A model generated the notes under the pieces. The model ran no database searches, was not told the DNA's origin, and saw only the letters and a program-made list of their open reading frames with translations. From assembly GCA_964539385.1 (NCBI GenBank), contig CAZIJC010000002.1, positions 16,001 through 80,000 on the forward strand: DNA of 64,000 nucleotides. Direction: 5' to 3'. Position 1 is the first letter of the stretch. Each line of letters begins with the position of its first letter. Source of the stretch: an uncultured Anaerolineales bacterium (GTDB taxonomy: Bacteria; Planctomycetota; Phycisphaerae; FEN-1346). Shown here piece by piece: positions 47,501 to 56,440 of this stretch. The position numbers and the translations under genes were made by a program.

Positions 47501-48003
47501 TGCTGGAGGCGACCGTGCGTCGGCTCAAGGGCCAGCCCGCCGACGAGCCGGGCCGGGCGGACGTGCAGTTGAATCTGGCGGCGTTCATCCCAAACCGATA
47601 CGTGCCGACCGAGAGCCAGCGCATCAGCCTGTATCGGCAGTTGCAGCGTGCGGCAAACGCCCGGACGCTCGCGGAGGTGGCGGCCGAGATCGCCGACATG
47701 TACGGCCCCATGCCGGAAGAGGTGCAGAGGCTGGTAGACCTGGAGGCGGTCCGCGTGGCCGCCGGCGATGCGGGCATCCGCTCCATTCGCCGAAAGGGAG
47801 CGGATCTCGCGTTTGCCGGCGAGGACGCCGCCCTGGTTGCACCGCTTCTGGGCGAATCGGGTAACCGGCAGGTCTCCGGCGCCGGCGTGGTTCGCATCCT
47901 GGACCCGCACAGGTTGGTCTGGCGGCTGCACGAGGATCGCGGCCCGGACGGGGCGCTGGCGCTGCTGAAGAAGGCGCTTGCCCGCTCGGAGGACGGCAAA
48001 TAG
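44557..48003 (+). CDS. mfd: transcription-repair coupling factor Mfd
   Basis: The N-terminal region is UvrB-homology-like. There is an RNAP-interacting domain, superfamily 2 helicase motifs ([43 protein letters not shown]), and a C-terminal TRCF domain. Confidence 0.95.
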   Translation: [1148 protein letters not shown]

Positions 48004-48041
48004 AATACGAACCTCTTTGGACCCTTTTGGGGGTTCGACCT

Positions 48042-49295
48042 ATGAAACCCGTGTGGGTGATGCCGGTGGTTGGCGTGCTGGCTCTTGTTGCGGCGGGCTG
48101 TGGCCGCCGGGGCAGAGAACTCGGTTCGCTCACGCCGCAGGCCGCTGCGCCGAGTGAGTTCGACACGGGCGGCGGCGCGGCGAGCGAAGAGGTCAACCCC
48201 GTCCAATTGGCCCGGCCCGCGACCGGCAGGAAAAGGCCCGAATCGACGGAGCCCACGGGTAAACTGACCCGGCCGGACCGCGACGCCGAGTACGAGGCGC
48301 GCCTCGGTGAGGTGGCGCTGCCGCTTCCCAAGGAGCGCCTGCCCGTTCTGGTGGACACCGGCGAGAACGGCGGTTCGCCGGTCCTGGTCAACACGGTCCT
48401 GGCCGAGGTCAACGGCGAGGTCATCACGCGGGAGGACATCCTCGGTCCGATCCGTCCGCAGATGGCGAAGTGGCGGAAGGAGTACTCGCCCGCCGCCTTT
48501 GAGAGCCGCTGCCGCCAGGTCATCAACATGAAACTGCGGGAGGAGATCAGCCGGCGGCTCGTCGTCCAGGAGGCGAAGGCGGAACTGTCGGAGGAGGAGA
48601 AGAAGCAGATCGACACCACGCTGGGCCAGATCCTGAAGAACTTGGCTTCCCAGGCAGGCAGCGCGTTGCTGCTCGAAGAGAAACTCGAGCGCGAGGGATC
48701 CTCGCTCCGGGAGGAGCGCCGGCGGCGACGAGAGCAACTCATCGTGCAACGGTACTTGCGAAGCAAGATCTCGCCGACCGTCCACATCACGCACTCCGAA
48801 CTCTTGAATCGTTACCGCCGGGTCTGCCAGGAGCGGTACGTCCAACCGACGCGGGTGCGGTTGGGCCTGATTGCCATTCGCAAGAGCGAATCGCCCGACG
48901 TGGCCCAGGCCCGCGCGGTGGCGGATGCCGTTCACCAGCGGGCGTCGAGGGGAGAGGATTTCGCCCGCCTCGCCCGCCGCTACAGCCATGACCCGATGGC
49001 CTCGGGCGGCGGCGACTGGGGGTTCGTGGCGAAGGGATCGTTCCGCATCAAGACCGTCGATGAGGTCCTTTTTGCCCTGGAGGCGGGCCAGGTCGGGCGA
49101 CTCGTCGAGACCGACGAGGCGTTCTACCTCGTCAAGGCCCTGGCGCGACAGGAAGCGCGCACGGTTCCCTTCACGGAAGTTCAGGACGAGTTGGAGGACG
49201 AGATCCGCGACCGCAAGTACAACGAGACCGTCAACAAGTATATTCAGGACCTATACAAGCGGGGTTACGTCCGCGTCATGACGGAGAACATCTAG
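48042..49295 (+). CDS. SurA/PrsA-like periplasmic chaperone, lipoprotein, with a parvulin-type PPIase domain
   Basis: It has a lipobox (LVAAGC), a SurA_N-like region (VLAEVNGEVITREDI), and a parvulin domain (SHDPMASGGGDWGFVAKGSF...EAGQVGRLVETDEAFYLVK). Confidence 0.75.
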   Translation: MKPVWVMPVVGVLALVAAGCGRRGRELGSLTPQAAAPSEFDTGGGAASEEVNPVQLARPATGRKRPESTEPTGKLTRPDRDAEYEARLGEVALPLPKERLPVLVDTGENGGSPVLVNTVLAEVNGEVITREDILGPIRPQMAKWRKEYSPAAFESRCRQVINMKLREEISRRLVVQEAKAELSEEEKKQIDTTLGQILKNLASQAGSALLLEEKLEREGSSLREERRRRREQLIVQRYLRSKISPTVHITHSELLNRYRRVCQERYVQPTRVRLGLIAIRKSESPDVAQARAVADAVHQRASRGEDFARLARRYSHDPMASGGGDWGFVAKGSFRIKTVDEVLFALEAGQVGRLVETDEAFYLVKALARQEARTVPFTEVQDELEDEIRDRKYNETVNKYIQDLYKRGYVRVMTENI

Positions 49296-49305
49296 GGGCC
49301 CTCTG

Positions 49306-49656
49306 ATGCCACAGGTCGTTTTCCTGCCGTACGATCTTCGCCTGGAAGTGCCGCGCGGAACCAGCCTGCTGGCGGCCGCCGACGAGGCCGCCGAGATGGT
49401 GGACGACGATTTCTTCGTCGGCGAACTGTGCGAAGGTCGGCACGAGTGCGGCAACTGCTGTGTCCAGATCGTTGAGGGGGCCGACGCCCTCTCGCCCGTG
49501 ACGGAGTCCGAACGGAAGTTGCTCACCGAACTCGGCCGCGGACCCGACACGCGAACCGCCTGCACCGCCCGCGTCTGTGGCGACGTGACGGTCCGCATCC
49601 CGAACCCGGTCAAACACGGCGAGCGGGGCAGGGCTCAGATGCAGGCCCATCCGTAG
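49306..49656 (+). CDS. 2Fe-2S ferredoxin-like small protein
   Basis: The Cys pattern CEGRHECGNCC...C..RVC fits a plant-type/fer2-like cluster. Length is 116 aa. Confidence 0.5.
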   Translation: MPQVVFLPYDLRLEVPRGTSLLAAADEAAEMVDDDFFVGELCEGRHECGNCCVQIVEGADALSPVTESERKLLTELGRGPDTRTACTARVCGDVTVRIPNPVKHGERGRAQMQAHP

Positions 49657-49747
49657 CGGGCCGCTCGTCTTATGCCTAACGTGTGATACGGCCCGCGAGG
49701 GCGGGCCGTTGTCTTAGCGCCGGGCGCGCACCCCAAAGGGCACCGCC

Positions 49748-50704
49748 TTGCCGAGCAGCGCAACAGGGCATACTTTCCAACACGTCGCGGTCATCGGCCC
49801 CGGCGCCACCGGTCTGGTCCTGGCCGTGCGCATCGCTCACATTGCCGGGGGGCCGAGCGTCACGCTAATCGACCACGATGCCGAGCGTGCGCGGCGGCTG
49901 AGCGCCAAGCCCATCCGCCTGTCGTCACCGTCGGAGGACCTGGAGGCCAAGATCCCGGTTCGCCTGACGCCCGGCGCCCCGGCGGACCTCGTGATCCTCG
50001 CGACCAAAGCGCACCAGGCTCGTGGCGCGGCCGAGGGGGCGGCCGGCTGGATCGGCGACGCGCCGCTTCTGACCATTCAGAACGGCCTGGGTGTGGCGGC
50101 CGAAGTGGCCCAGGCGCTGCCGCACGCCACCGTCATCGCCGGCGTCACGTACCAGGCGGCCAACCTCACCGGCGAAGGCGAAGTCCAACACGTTGCCTGC
50201 GGCGAGACGTACCTGGGGTACGAGGGTTGCGGCCCGGATACGAGGGTCCGGAAGGCGGTCGATCTGCTGAATGAGGCCGGCCTGCCCGCCACGGCCGAGG
50301 CCGACATGACGCCGGTCGTCTGGGGCAAGTTGCTCGTCAATGCGGCCATCAATCCGGTGGCGGCGCTGGCGGCGGTGCGAAACGGCGAGGTGGCTGCCAG
50401 GCCGGCGCTTCGGGCAATGGCCGAGGCGGTTGCCGAAGAAGGGCAGGCGACCGCAAACGCCGCCGGCGTGGCGCTGCCGTATGAGAGTGCGGCCAAGGCG
50501 GCGATCAACACGGCCCGAGAGACGGCCGAGAACCGATGCTCGATGCTTCAGGACCTGGAAGTCGGCCGGCCGACCGAAATCGACTATCTGAACGGTGCGA
50601 TCGTCCGCGTGGCCGAACAGCACGACATTCCGGTTCCGGCGAACCGCACCGTGACCGCGCTCGTGCGGCAGGTGTCGGCGGCGCCACAGGAGAGAACCTT
50701 GTAG
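49748..50704 (+). CDS. panE: 2-dehydropantoate 2-reductase (ketopantoate reductase, ApbA/PanE family)
   Basis: It has a Rossmann N-terminus (VAVIGPGATGLVLAV), the characteristic GKLLVNAAINPVAAL motif, and a C-terminal ApbA_C region (EIDYLNGAIV). Confidence 0.75.
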   Translation: MPSSATGHTFQHVAVIGPGATGLVLAVRIAHIAGGPSVTLIDHDAERARRLSAKPIRLSSPSEDLEAKIPVRLTPGAPADLVILATKAHQARGAAEGAAGWIGDAPLLTIQNGLGVAAEVAQALPHATVIAGVTYQAANLTGEGEVQHVACGETYLGYEGCGPDTRVRKAVDLLNEAGLPATAEADMTPVVWGKLLVNAAINPVAALAAVRNGEVAARPALRAMAEAVAEEGQATANAAGVALPYESAAKAAINTARETAENRCSMLQDLEVGRPTEIDYLNGAIVRVAEQHDIPVPANRTVTALVRQVSAAPQERTL

Positions 50705-50715
50705 AAGGCGAGCGC

Positions 50716-51483
50716 ATGGCCGAGGCGAATGGTGGCGGGTGTGGGCGGCAGGGAGCGGCTGATATGGGGAAAGACTCGCGGTGGTGTTGGACTGTCCCCT
50801 TCCTGATCCTGCTTGTCATGCTCGGGGCCGGCGAGGTGATCCGCACGCTGGTAGCGGAAGAGACGGCCCGCCGGATTCAGGCGGAAGACCGGCTGGTCGA
50901 GATCGCCCAGGCGGTGTTACTGGGCGGCGCCGCCGTGTTGTGCCTGGTGGCGATGGTGCGCCGCCGCGCCGGCTACTGGTGGTGGGTCGGCCCTGCCTTC
51001 ATCTGCTTGTTCATGTGTTGGCGGGAAGTGGAAGTGGACGACCGCTATCTGGGTAACCATGCGTTCTCGTGGAAGTACCTGTTCGAAGCGGCGACGCCTC
51101 TTCCAGAGCGCCTGCTGCTGGGGATTCCAAGCGTGGGGCTGGCCCTCCTGGTCCTTGCGATATGCCTGGTGAACGTGCGGCCGCTGCTGAGGACATTGAG
51201 GCGGCGTGATCTGCGTGTGGGGCTGTTGCTGTTTGCGGCGGGGCTTGGCCTTTACCTTCTTGCCCAGGTGTACGATCGGGCGTGGGGGTGGGTGAAGGCC
51301 TACAGTTTCTACCTGCCTGGCTTCGGCTGCCATCGCGACGACTTCTGGGAAGAGTGGCTTGAGTTGATGGGGGCGGCAGCGATCCTGATGGGCGTGCTCG
51401 ACTACTTCCGGCGTCGCAAAGCCATCGCCGCCGCGCCGCCGACGGACACCCCTGCCGCCGCTGAGGAGACACCGTCACCATGA
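50716..51483 (+). CDS. hypothetical polytopic membrane protein (paralogue A)
   Basis: It has about 6 TM helices. Motifs WREVEVDDRYLGNHAFSWKYL and GIPSVGLALLVLAICLVN are shared with the next ORF. Confidence 0.45.
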   Translation: MAEANGGGCGRQGAADMGKDSRWCWTVPFLILLVMLGAGEVIRTLVAEETARRIQAEDRLVEIAQAVLLGGAAVLCLVAMVRRRAGYWWWVGPAFICLFMCWREVEVDDRYLGNHAFSWKYLFEAATPLPERLLLGIPSVGLALLVLAICLVNVRPLLRTLRRRDLRVGLLLFAAGLGLYLLAQVYDRAWGWVKAYSFYLPGFGCHRDDFWEEWLELMGAAAILMGVLDYFRRRKAIAAAPPTDTPAAAEETPSP

Positions 51484-52202
51484 CACCCTCAGGAGGGTCA
51501 TCTCGGCTCCGGGCGCGTGTGCTCCTGCTTTTCGTCGTCCTGCTGGCGGCGCTCGTCGTCGCTCTGGCTGTCGTTCCTGCTGTTGACCGCCAGTGCGCGA
51601 AGCGCCTCGCCAGGGCGTACACCCCTCTTCACGAACCGCAGGAGACGGCGATGGACTGGTTCCAGGAGCCGCCCTACGCGGTTGCGTTGCTGGTGTGCGT
51701 CGTCATGGCGGCGCGTTTGCGGCGGCGGGCGGGGCGGCTGCCTTATTGGGTCGTTCTGGCGGCGGTGGCGGCATGGCTGCTGTGGCGCGAGTTGCCGTGG
51801 GATGAGCGAGTGCTCGGCGCCAATACCTTCAGTTGGGCCAAGTATCTCGGCAGTCCCGACGTTCCCCTGTGGGCGCAAGTGGTGTTCGGCGGCGGGTCGA
51901 TGCTGGCGGCGGCGCTGGTGGTGGGATACGTCCTGTGGAACGGCCGCACGCTTGGCCGGATCGTTCGCGAGAAGGTCGTCTCGTTCAGCACCCTGTTCAT
52001 CGCGTTGGCAGGCCTGATGCTGGTCGGCGCTCAGATGCTGGATAAGCACCGCTCGACGGATGGCCTGCTCGGCACGAACCTTTCGGCGTGGGACCTGAAG
52101 GACTACCTCGAGGAGTCGCTGGAAGTCGCGGGGCCGGTGCTGCTGGCGATGGCCTGCATCCTGGCGGTGCTGGAAGAGCCGCCGGCCGACCCGGCATCAT
52201 AG
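51480..52202 (+). CDS. hypothetical polytopic membrane protein (paralogue B)
   Basis: It has about 6 TM helices. WRELPWDERVLGANTFSWAKYLG parallels paralogue A, and its start overlaps the stop of paralogue A. Confidence 0.5.
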   Translation: MTPSGGSSRLRARVLLLFVVLLAALVVALAVVPAVDRQCAKRLARAYTPLHEPQETAMDWFQEPPYAVALLVCVVMAARLRRRAGRLPYWVVLAAVAAWLLWRELPWDERVLGANTFSWAKYLGSPDVPLWAQVVFGGGSMLAAALVVGYVLWNGRTLGRIVREKVVSFSTLFIALAGLMLVGAQMLDKHRSTDGLLGTNLSAWDLKDYLEESLEVAGPVLLAMACILAVLEEPPADPAS

Positions 52203-53033
52203 GGTGGGCGCCGGTTCGTCACGACGGGGCTTGTCGGGGCGAGGGCCTTCTTTGTAGTGCTTGCCGCGCTTGGGTGGTCCCTTGGGTGGTCCTTTAGGCG
52301 GTCCGCGGAATGGCGGTTCCGGTTTGCCCTCGAGTGCTTCTTTAAGCCGCTTCTCGACGATCTCGCGTCGGTGCTCCGCGCGCTCCTTCAGTTCGCGTCG
52401 CAGTTGCTCGATGCGTTCTTCGAGTCCGCGGATGTGGGCCTCGTGAGTGGCGAGTTCGAGTTCGAACATCCGGTCGATAACCTTTCGCAGTTCCTTGGTG
52501 AATGCTTCCTTCTCTTGGGGGTCTTCGGCGGTGCGCACTTTGGCGGCCAGATCCACGGCGCGCCTTCTCAACTGCCGTTCCTCGATCGCCTTGCGGAAGG
52601 CCGCCTCGTCGCGCTCTTTCAGGTGCTGCAACTGAGTGATCTCGAACCGCAACCGCCGGCAGAACTGGCGGAACCGTTCGGGTTCCGACCGGCGCATTGT
52701 CTCCAGGGCCTCGCGCCGCCAGGGCATGTGCTTGTCGATGAAAGCGAGGATGGCCTCGATCTGCTCGTCCGTGACGTCGCGGAAGACCGACGGACTGCGG
52801 CCGAAGGGGCGGCGCTCCCCGTGCCGGGGGTGCTCGCCGCTGGGCGGACGAAGGGAGCGGGGACCGTATTGACGGTGCGGCGGAGGCGGCGACCCCGGCT
52901 GCCTGTCTGTTGCGGCCGGGCCACGGCGAGGCTCGTCCGGCGCCGGCTCCGGCCCTTGTTCTTCGGCCATGGCGAGGCTCGAGGTCGCCACGAGCGCCAC
53001 CGCAAGGGCCAGAACCATGAGGCCGTATCGCAT
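52197..53033 (-). CDS. secreted Pro/Arg/Glu-rich periplasmic protein with an LTXXQ-like helical core, co-oriented downstream of the ECF sigma/anti-sigma pair
   Basis: It has a signal peptide (MRYGLMVLALAVALVATSSLAMA), a VTDEQIEAILAFIDKHMPWRREALETMRR helix, repeated charged helices, and a C-terminal PPKGPPKGPPK tail. Confidence 0.45.
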   Translation of the reverse strand: MRYGLMVLALAVALVATSSLAMAEEQGPEPAPDEPRRGPAATDRQPGSPPPPHRQYGPRSLRPPSGEHPRHGERRPFGRSPSVFRDVTDEQIEAILAFIDKHMPWRREALETMRRSEPERFRQFCRRLRFEITQLQHLKERDEAAFRKAIEERQLRRRAVDLAAKVRTAEDPQEKEAFTKELRKVIDRMFELELATHEAHIRGLEERIEQLRRELKERAEHRREIVEKRLKEALEGKPEPPFRGPPKGPPKGPPKRGKHYKEGPRPDKPRRDEPAPTL

Positions 53034-53136
53034 GGCTTCCTCCTGTCACGTGACAGCACGCCGGACCCATCCGGCTCCGTACTGGAATCCGTACCGGGCC
53101 AAGCCCGGCGGCTGACGGTTAGCAGCGCAACGCGCG

Positions 53137-53706
53137 TCAGCCCGGAACGCCGACCTCCCCACCCAGACTATCCGAGGGCCGGCGGCTCTCCCCGTTGATC
53201 GATTCCGGCACGGCGCCGTTAGAGCCGTTGCCGCCCTCCCATAGCGTAGCCAGCGTGCCAAGTTCGAGCATTTCGATCTCTGTCGAGATCTCTGCGATCT
53301 CTTCCTCGAACCGGGTCTCGTCCATCCATGCGGCCTGTGTCCCACCGGCCACAGGCGGCGGCCGGTCGGTCGATGGCACGAGGGCATAGGCGAGCGCCAC
53401 GGCGATGATGACGGCCGCCGCGGCCGCCCAGCGGTAAGGATAGATCCGCGCCAGGACGCCCGGCGGCGCGGCCTTGCGCGCCGCGGCGACCGACAGGCGC
53501 TTCCGGAGCATTTCGAGCGCCTGCGGTCTGACGGGCGGCTGCCGGTCGAGGGTATCGAGCGCCGCCAGGCCGCGCACGATGGCCTGCACCTGGCGGCGGC
53601 AGGCCTGGCAGCCTTCCAGATGGCTCGCGAGGGCGCGGCGGCGGCGGAGCGGCACCTCGCCCGTCGCATACAGCACCCATTCCGTGTTGTCAGGGCAGCG
53701 GTTCAT
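53137..53706 (-). CDS. anti-sigma factor (zf-HC2 putative zinc-finger, single TM)
   Basis: The zf-HC2 signature is HLEGCQACRRQV. One TM helix is present (AAAAVIIAVALAYALV). It overlaps the ECF sigma stop by 17 bp. Confidence 0.65.
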   Translation of the reverse strand: MNRCPDNTEWVLYATGEVPLRRRRALASHLEGCQACRRQVQAIVRGLAALDTLDRQPPVRPQALEMLRKRLSVAAARKAAPPGVLARIYPYRWAAAAAVIIAVALAYALVPSTDRPPPVAGGTQAAWMDETRFEEEIAEISTEIEMLELGTLATLWEGGNGSNGAVPESINGESRRPSDSLGGEVGVPG

Positions 53707-54238
53707 GGCTTTCCCCCGGGATCATGTCCCCCAACTTCTTCAGCGCGCGATGGGCCCGGGCCAGGACCGTTCCGAGCGGCTCACCGGTGGCCCGGGCAAT
53801 GGCCTTGAACGTCAGGTCGCCGTAGTACCGCATGAGCAGAACCTCCCGGTCGGCGTTCGGCAGTCGCGCCAGAGCCTGTTCGACCCATCGGGCCCGTTCG
53901 CGCCTCAGCGCGTCGGCGTCGGGCGGCAAGTCGGCAGCCGGTGTCAGTGGCGGCGAGGTCTCGCCGCCGTCGTCGCCGAAGGCAAATGCCCGTTCGCGCG
54001 GTCGCCGGCGGACCCAGTCGCGTGCCAAGTTGACCGCAATGCGAAAGATCCACGCCCGGAATTTGCCTTCCGGACGGTACGTTCCCATACTTCGGAAGGC
54101 ACGCAGGAGCGTTTCCTGCATCAGGTCTTCGGCCACGTCGGGCCGGCCGACCATGCGAAGCAGGAGGCCGTAAACGCGCGGCGCGAATGACACGAGCAGG
54201 CGCTCGACATCCGGAGAGTCGCCTGTGCGTTCGGTCAT
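53690..54238 (-). CDS. ECF (sigma-70 family, group 4) RNA polymerase sigma factor
   Basis: Region 2 is PDVAEDLMQETLLRAFRSMGTYRPEGKFRAWIFRIAVNLARDW. Region 4 is an HTH (YYGDLTFKAIARATGEPLGTVLARAHRALKKL). Confidence 0.85.
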   Translation of the reverse strand: MTERTGDSPDVERLLVSFAPRVYGLLLRMVGRPDVAEDLMQETLLRAFRSMGTYRPEGKFRAWIFRIAVNLARDWVRRRPRERAFAFGDDGGETSPPLTPAADLPPDADALRRERARWVEQALARLPNADREVLLMRYYGDLTFKAIARATGEPLGTVLARAHRALKKLGDMIPGESHEPLP

Positions 54239-54377
54239 GCCTTCCGCCTGTCTAAACGGCCTTCGGGTGCGGTTATTGCGGCCGATTGCGGCGCCCGCCT
54301 GCTCGCCGCGCGCCCGCCGGGGAGCGGAACGCACCTGCCGATTGACACGGACTCGGCCTGCGGGCTATCATCCCGCC

Positions 54378-54794
54378 ATGCGGATTCTGGCCCTGGACCT
54401 CGGTCGGCGGCGCGTCGGCGTTGCCGTCAGTGACCCGAATGGTACCATCGCGCACCCCCTTCTGCAATTCGAGTTCAAGGGGCGGCGCGACCTCGTGGCC
54501 ACCGTCAGGCGCCTCGTGGCCGAACAGGAGGCCGGGCGGGTCGTTGTCGGGATGCCGGTTCTGGTGGACGGGCGGAAAGGCGAGCAGGCCCGGTGGACGG
54601 GGGAAGTCGTGTCGGCCCTGGCCGAGGCCCTCGATGTGCCCGTGGCCACCTGGGACGAGCGGTTCACCACCCAGGAGGCGGAGGCGGCGATGCGGGAGGC
54701 CGGCCTTCAGGCCAGGAAACGAAAGACCCGCCGCGACAAGGTGGCCGCAGCCCTCATCCTTCAATCCTACCTTGATGCGGGGTCTCCTGCCTAG
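54378..54794 (+). CDS. ruvX: Holliday-junction resolvase-like putative pre-16S rRNA nuclease YqgF/RuvX
   Basis: MRILALDLGRRRVGVAVSD is the classic YqgF N-terminus. It is about 138 aa. Confidence 0.85.
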   Translation: MRILALDLGRRRVGVAVSDPNGTIAHPLLQFEFKGRRDLVATVRRLVAEQEAGRVVVGMPVLVDGRKGEQARWTGEVVSALAEALDVPVATWDERFTTQEAEAAMREAGLQARKRKTRRDKVAAALILQSYLDAGSPA

Positions 54795-56377
54795 CCGCGC
54801 GCTGCCAGGGCCTCGCTATCGAGGCGGATTTCCTTGCCGTGCCTGTCGAAGCAGCGGCACACGAGTTGGTCCATGCCGGCCTGGTGGTCGTTGACCAGGC
54901 GGATGCGCTGCTGGTTGTTGCTCTCTATTCTCGCCAGCGCGGCGCGCCTCGTGTTGCTGATGTACTCGACCACGTTCGGATGGAGGCGGATCTCGATCTG
55001 GGCGATCTGGTCGCGGCCGGTCAGCAGTTTCAGGCGCCGCATGACCTCCAGGGCCATCGACTCGGCGTTCTTGATGATGCCGGACCCCTTGCAGTAGGGG
55101 CAGTCCATGTAGGTCGTGCGTTCGAGGCTGGGCTGGACCCTCTGACGGGTCATCTCGACGATCCCGAACTTGGAGATGTGAGACATCTGAGAGCGTGCCC
55201 GGTCGGTCTTGAAGGCGTCGCGCAGGGCCTTTTCGACGTGCCGGCGGTTTGGGGCCTTTTCCATGTCCACGAAATCGAGGATGAGCAGGCCGCCGAGGTC
55301 GCGGAGCCGGATCTGGCGGACAATCTCTTTGGCGGCCATCAGGTTGAGTTGATGAGCCGATTCCTCGGCGTCGCGTCCGTGGCGGAACCTGCCGGAGTTC
55401 ACGTCGATGGCCGCCAGGGCCTCCGTCTGGTCGATGACCAGGCTCCCGCCTTTCGGCAGGGGAACCGTGCGGCTACAGGCGCCTTCGATGGCTTCCTCGA
55501 TCCGGTACTTGTGGAAGAGGGGGACCTTGCCGTCGTAGAGTTTTGCTCGCCGCTGGTAGCGGGGCATGATGATCTTCATAAAGTCGCGAACGCGGCGCAG
55601 GGCGGGCTCGGAATCGACCCAGATGGTTGTGATCTCGGGCGTGTAGATGTCGCGAAGCGTGCGCAAGACCAGATCCGATTCGCGAAAGATCTCGGCCGGG
55701 GCCTTCTCGGACTTGGCCCGCGTCTTGACGACCTTCCAGAGGCGGACGAGGTAGTTGAGGTCTCTCTGGATGTCGCGCTTGCTTCGCCCGAGGCCGGCCG
55801 TCCGCACGATGAACCCCATATCGGGGGGGGGCTTAAGGCCGGCGAGCAGTTCCCGCAGTTGCTTGCGGATGGCCTCTTCCTCGATCTTTCGCGACACGCC
55901 CAGGCGCCCCAGGTGCGGCATCAGGACGAGGTACCGGCCGGGGATCGAGAGGGCGGTTGTCAGGGACGGCCCCTTGGTGCCGATGCCCTCTTTGGTGATC
56001 TGGACGACGACGTCGTCGCCGGGCCGGAAGATCTCCTGGATGGTTCTGCGGCGGCGGTGGTCCCTGCCTCTTCTCTTTTCCTTTTCCTTGCCCTTTTCCT
56101 TGCCCTTGCCTTTTGCGTCGCCGCCTCGCAGGCGCCGCGGATAGGCCCTGGAAATGACGTCGCTGACGTGGAGGAATCCGTTCTTGGGCATCCCGATTTC
56201 GACGAAGGCGGCCTGGATGGAGGGCTCGATGTTGTTGACGCGGCCCTTGTAGATGTTGCTGACGTGCCGCTCGACGCTGGCGCGTTCCATGTAGAGTTCT
56301 TCCAGGATGCCTTCGCGAACGATGGCGATTCGGCACTCCTGGCCTTCAGCGACGTTGATCAACATTTCTGTACTCAT
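54791..56377 (-). CDS. rng: ribonuclease G/E family endoribonuclease with a Lys/Glu/Gly-rich insertion
   Basis: It has an S1 domain (CRIAIVREGILEELYMER...NIYKGRV) and an RNase E/G catalytic core (DFVDMEKAPNRRHVEKALRDAFKTDRARSQ). The insertion is DAKGKGKEKGKEKEKRRGRDHRRRR, placed after the S1 domain. Confidence 0.85.
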   Translation of the reverse strand: MSTEMLINVAEGQECRIAIVREGILEELYMERASVERHVSNIYKGRVNNIEPSIQAAFVEIGMPKNGFLHVSDVISRAYPRRLRGGDAKGKGKEKGKEKEKRRGRDHRRRRTIQEIFRPGDDVVVQITKEGIGTKGPSLTTALSIPGRYLVLMPHLGRLGVSRKIEEEAIRKQLRELLAGLKPPPDMGFIVRTAGLGRSKRDIQRDLNYLVRLWKVVKTRAKSEKAPAEIFRESDLVLRTLRDIYTPEITTIWVDSEPALRRVRDFMKIIMPRYQRRAKLYDGKVPLFHKYRIEEAIEGACSRTVPLPKGGSLVIDQTEALAAIDVNSGRFRHGRDAEESAHQLNLMAAKEIVRQIRLRDLGGLLILDFVDMEKAPNRRHVEKALRDAFKTDRARSQMSHISKFGIVEMTRQRVQPSLERTTYMDCPYCKGSGIIKNAESMALEVMRRLKLLTGRDQIAQIEIRLHPNVVEYISNTRRAALARIESNNQQRIRLVNDHQAGMDQLVCRCFDRHGKEIRLDSEALAARG

Positions 56378-56440
56378 GCGGACGGTATCCTTTCGAGTTG
56401 TCGGTTTCGTGGAGGGGCATCGGTCCCGGGAGGGCGGCGC

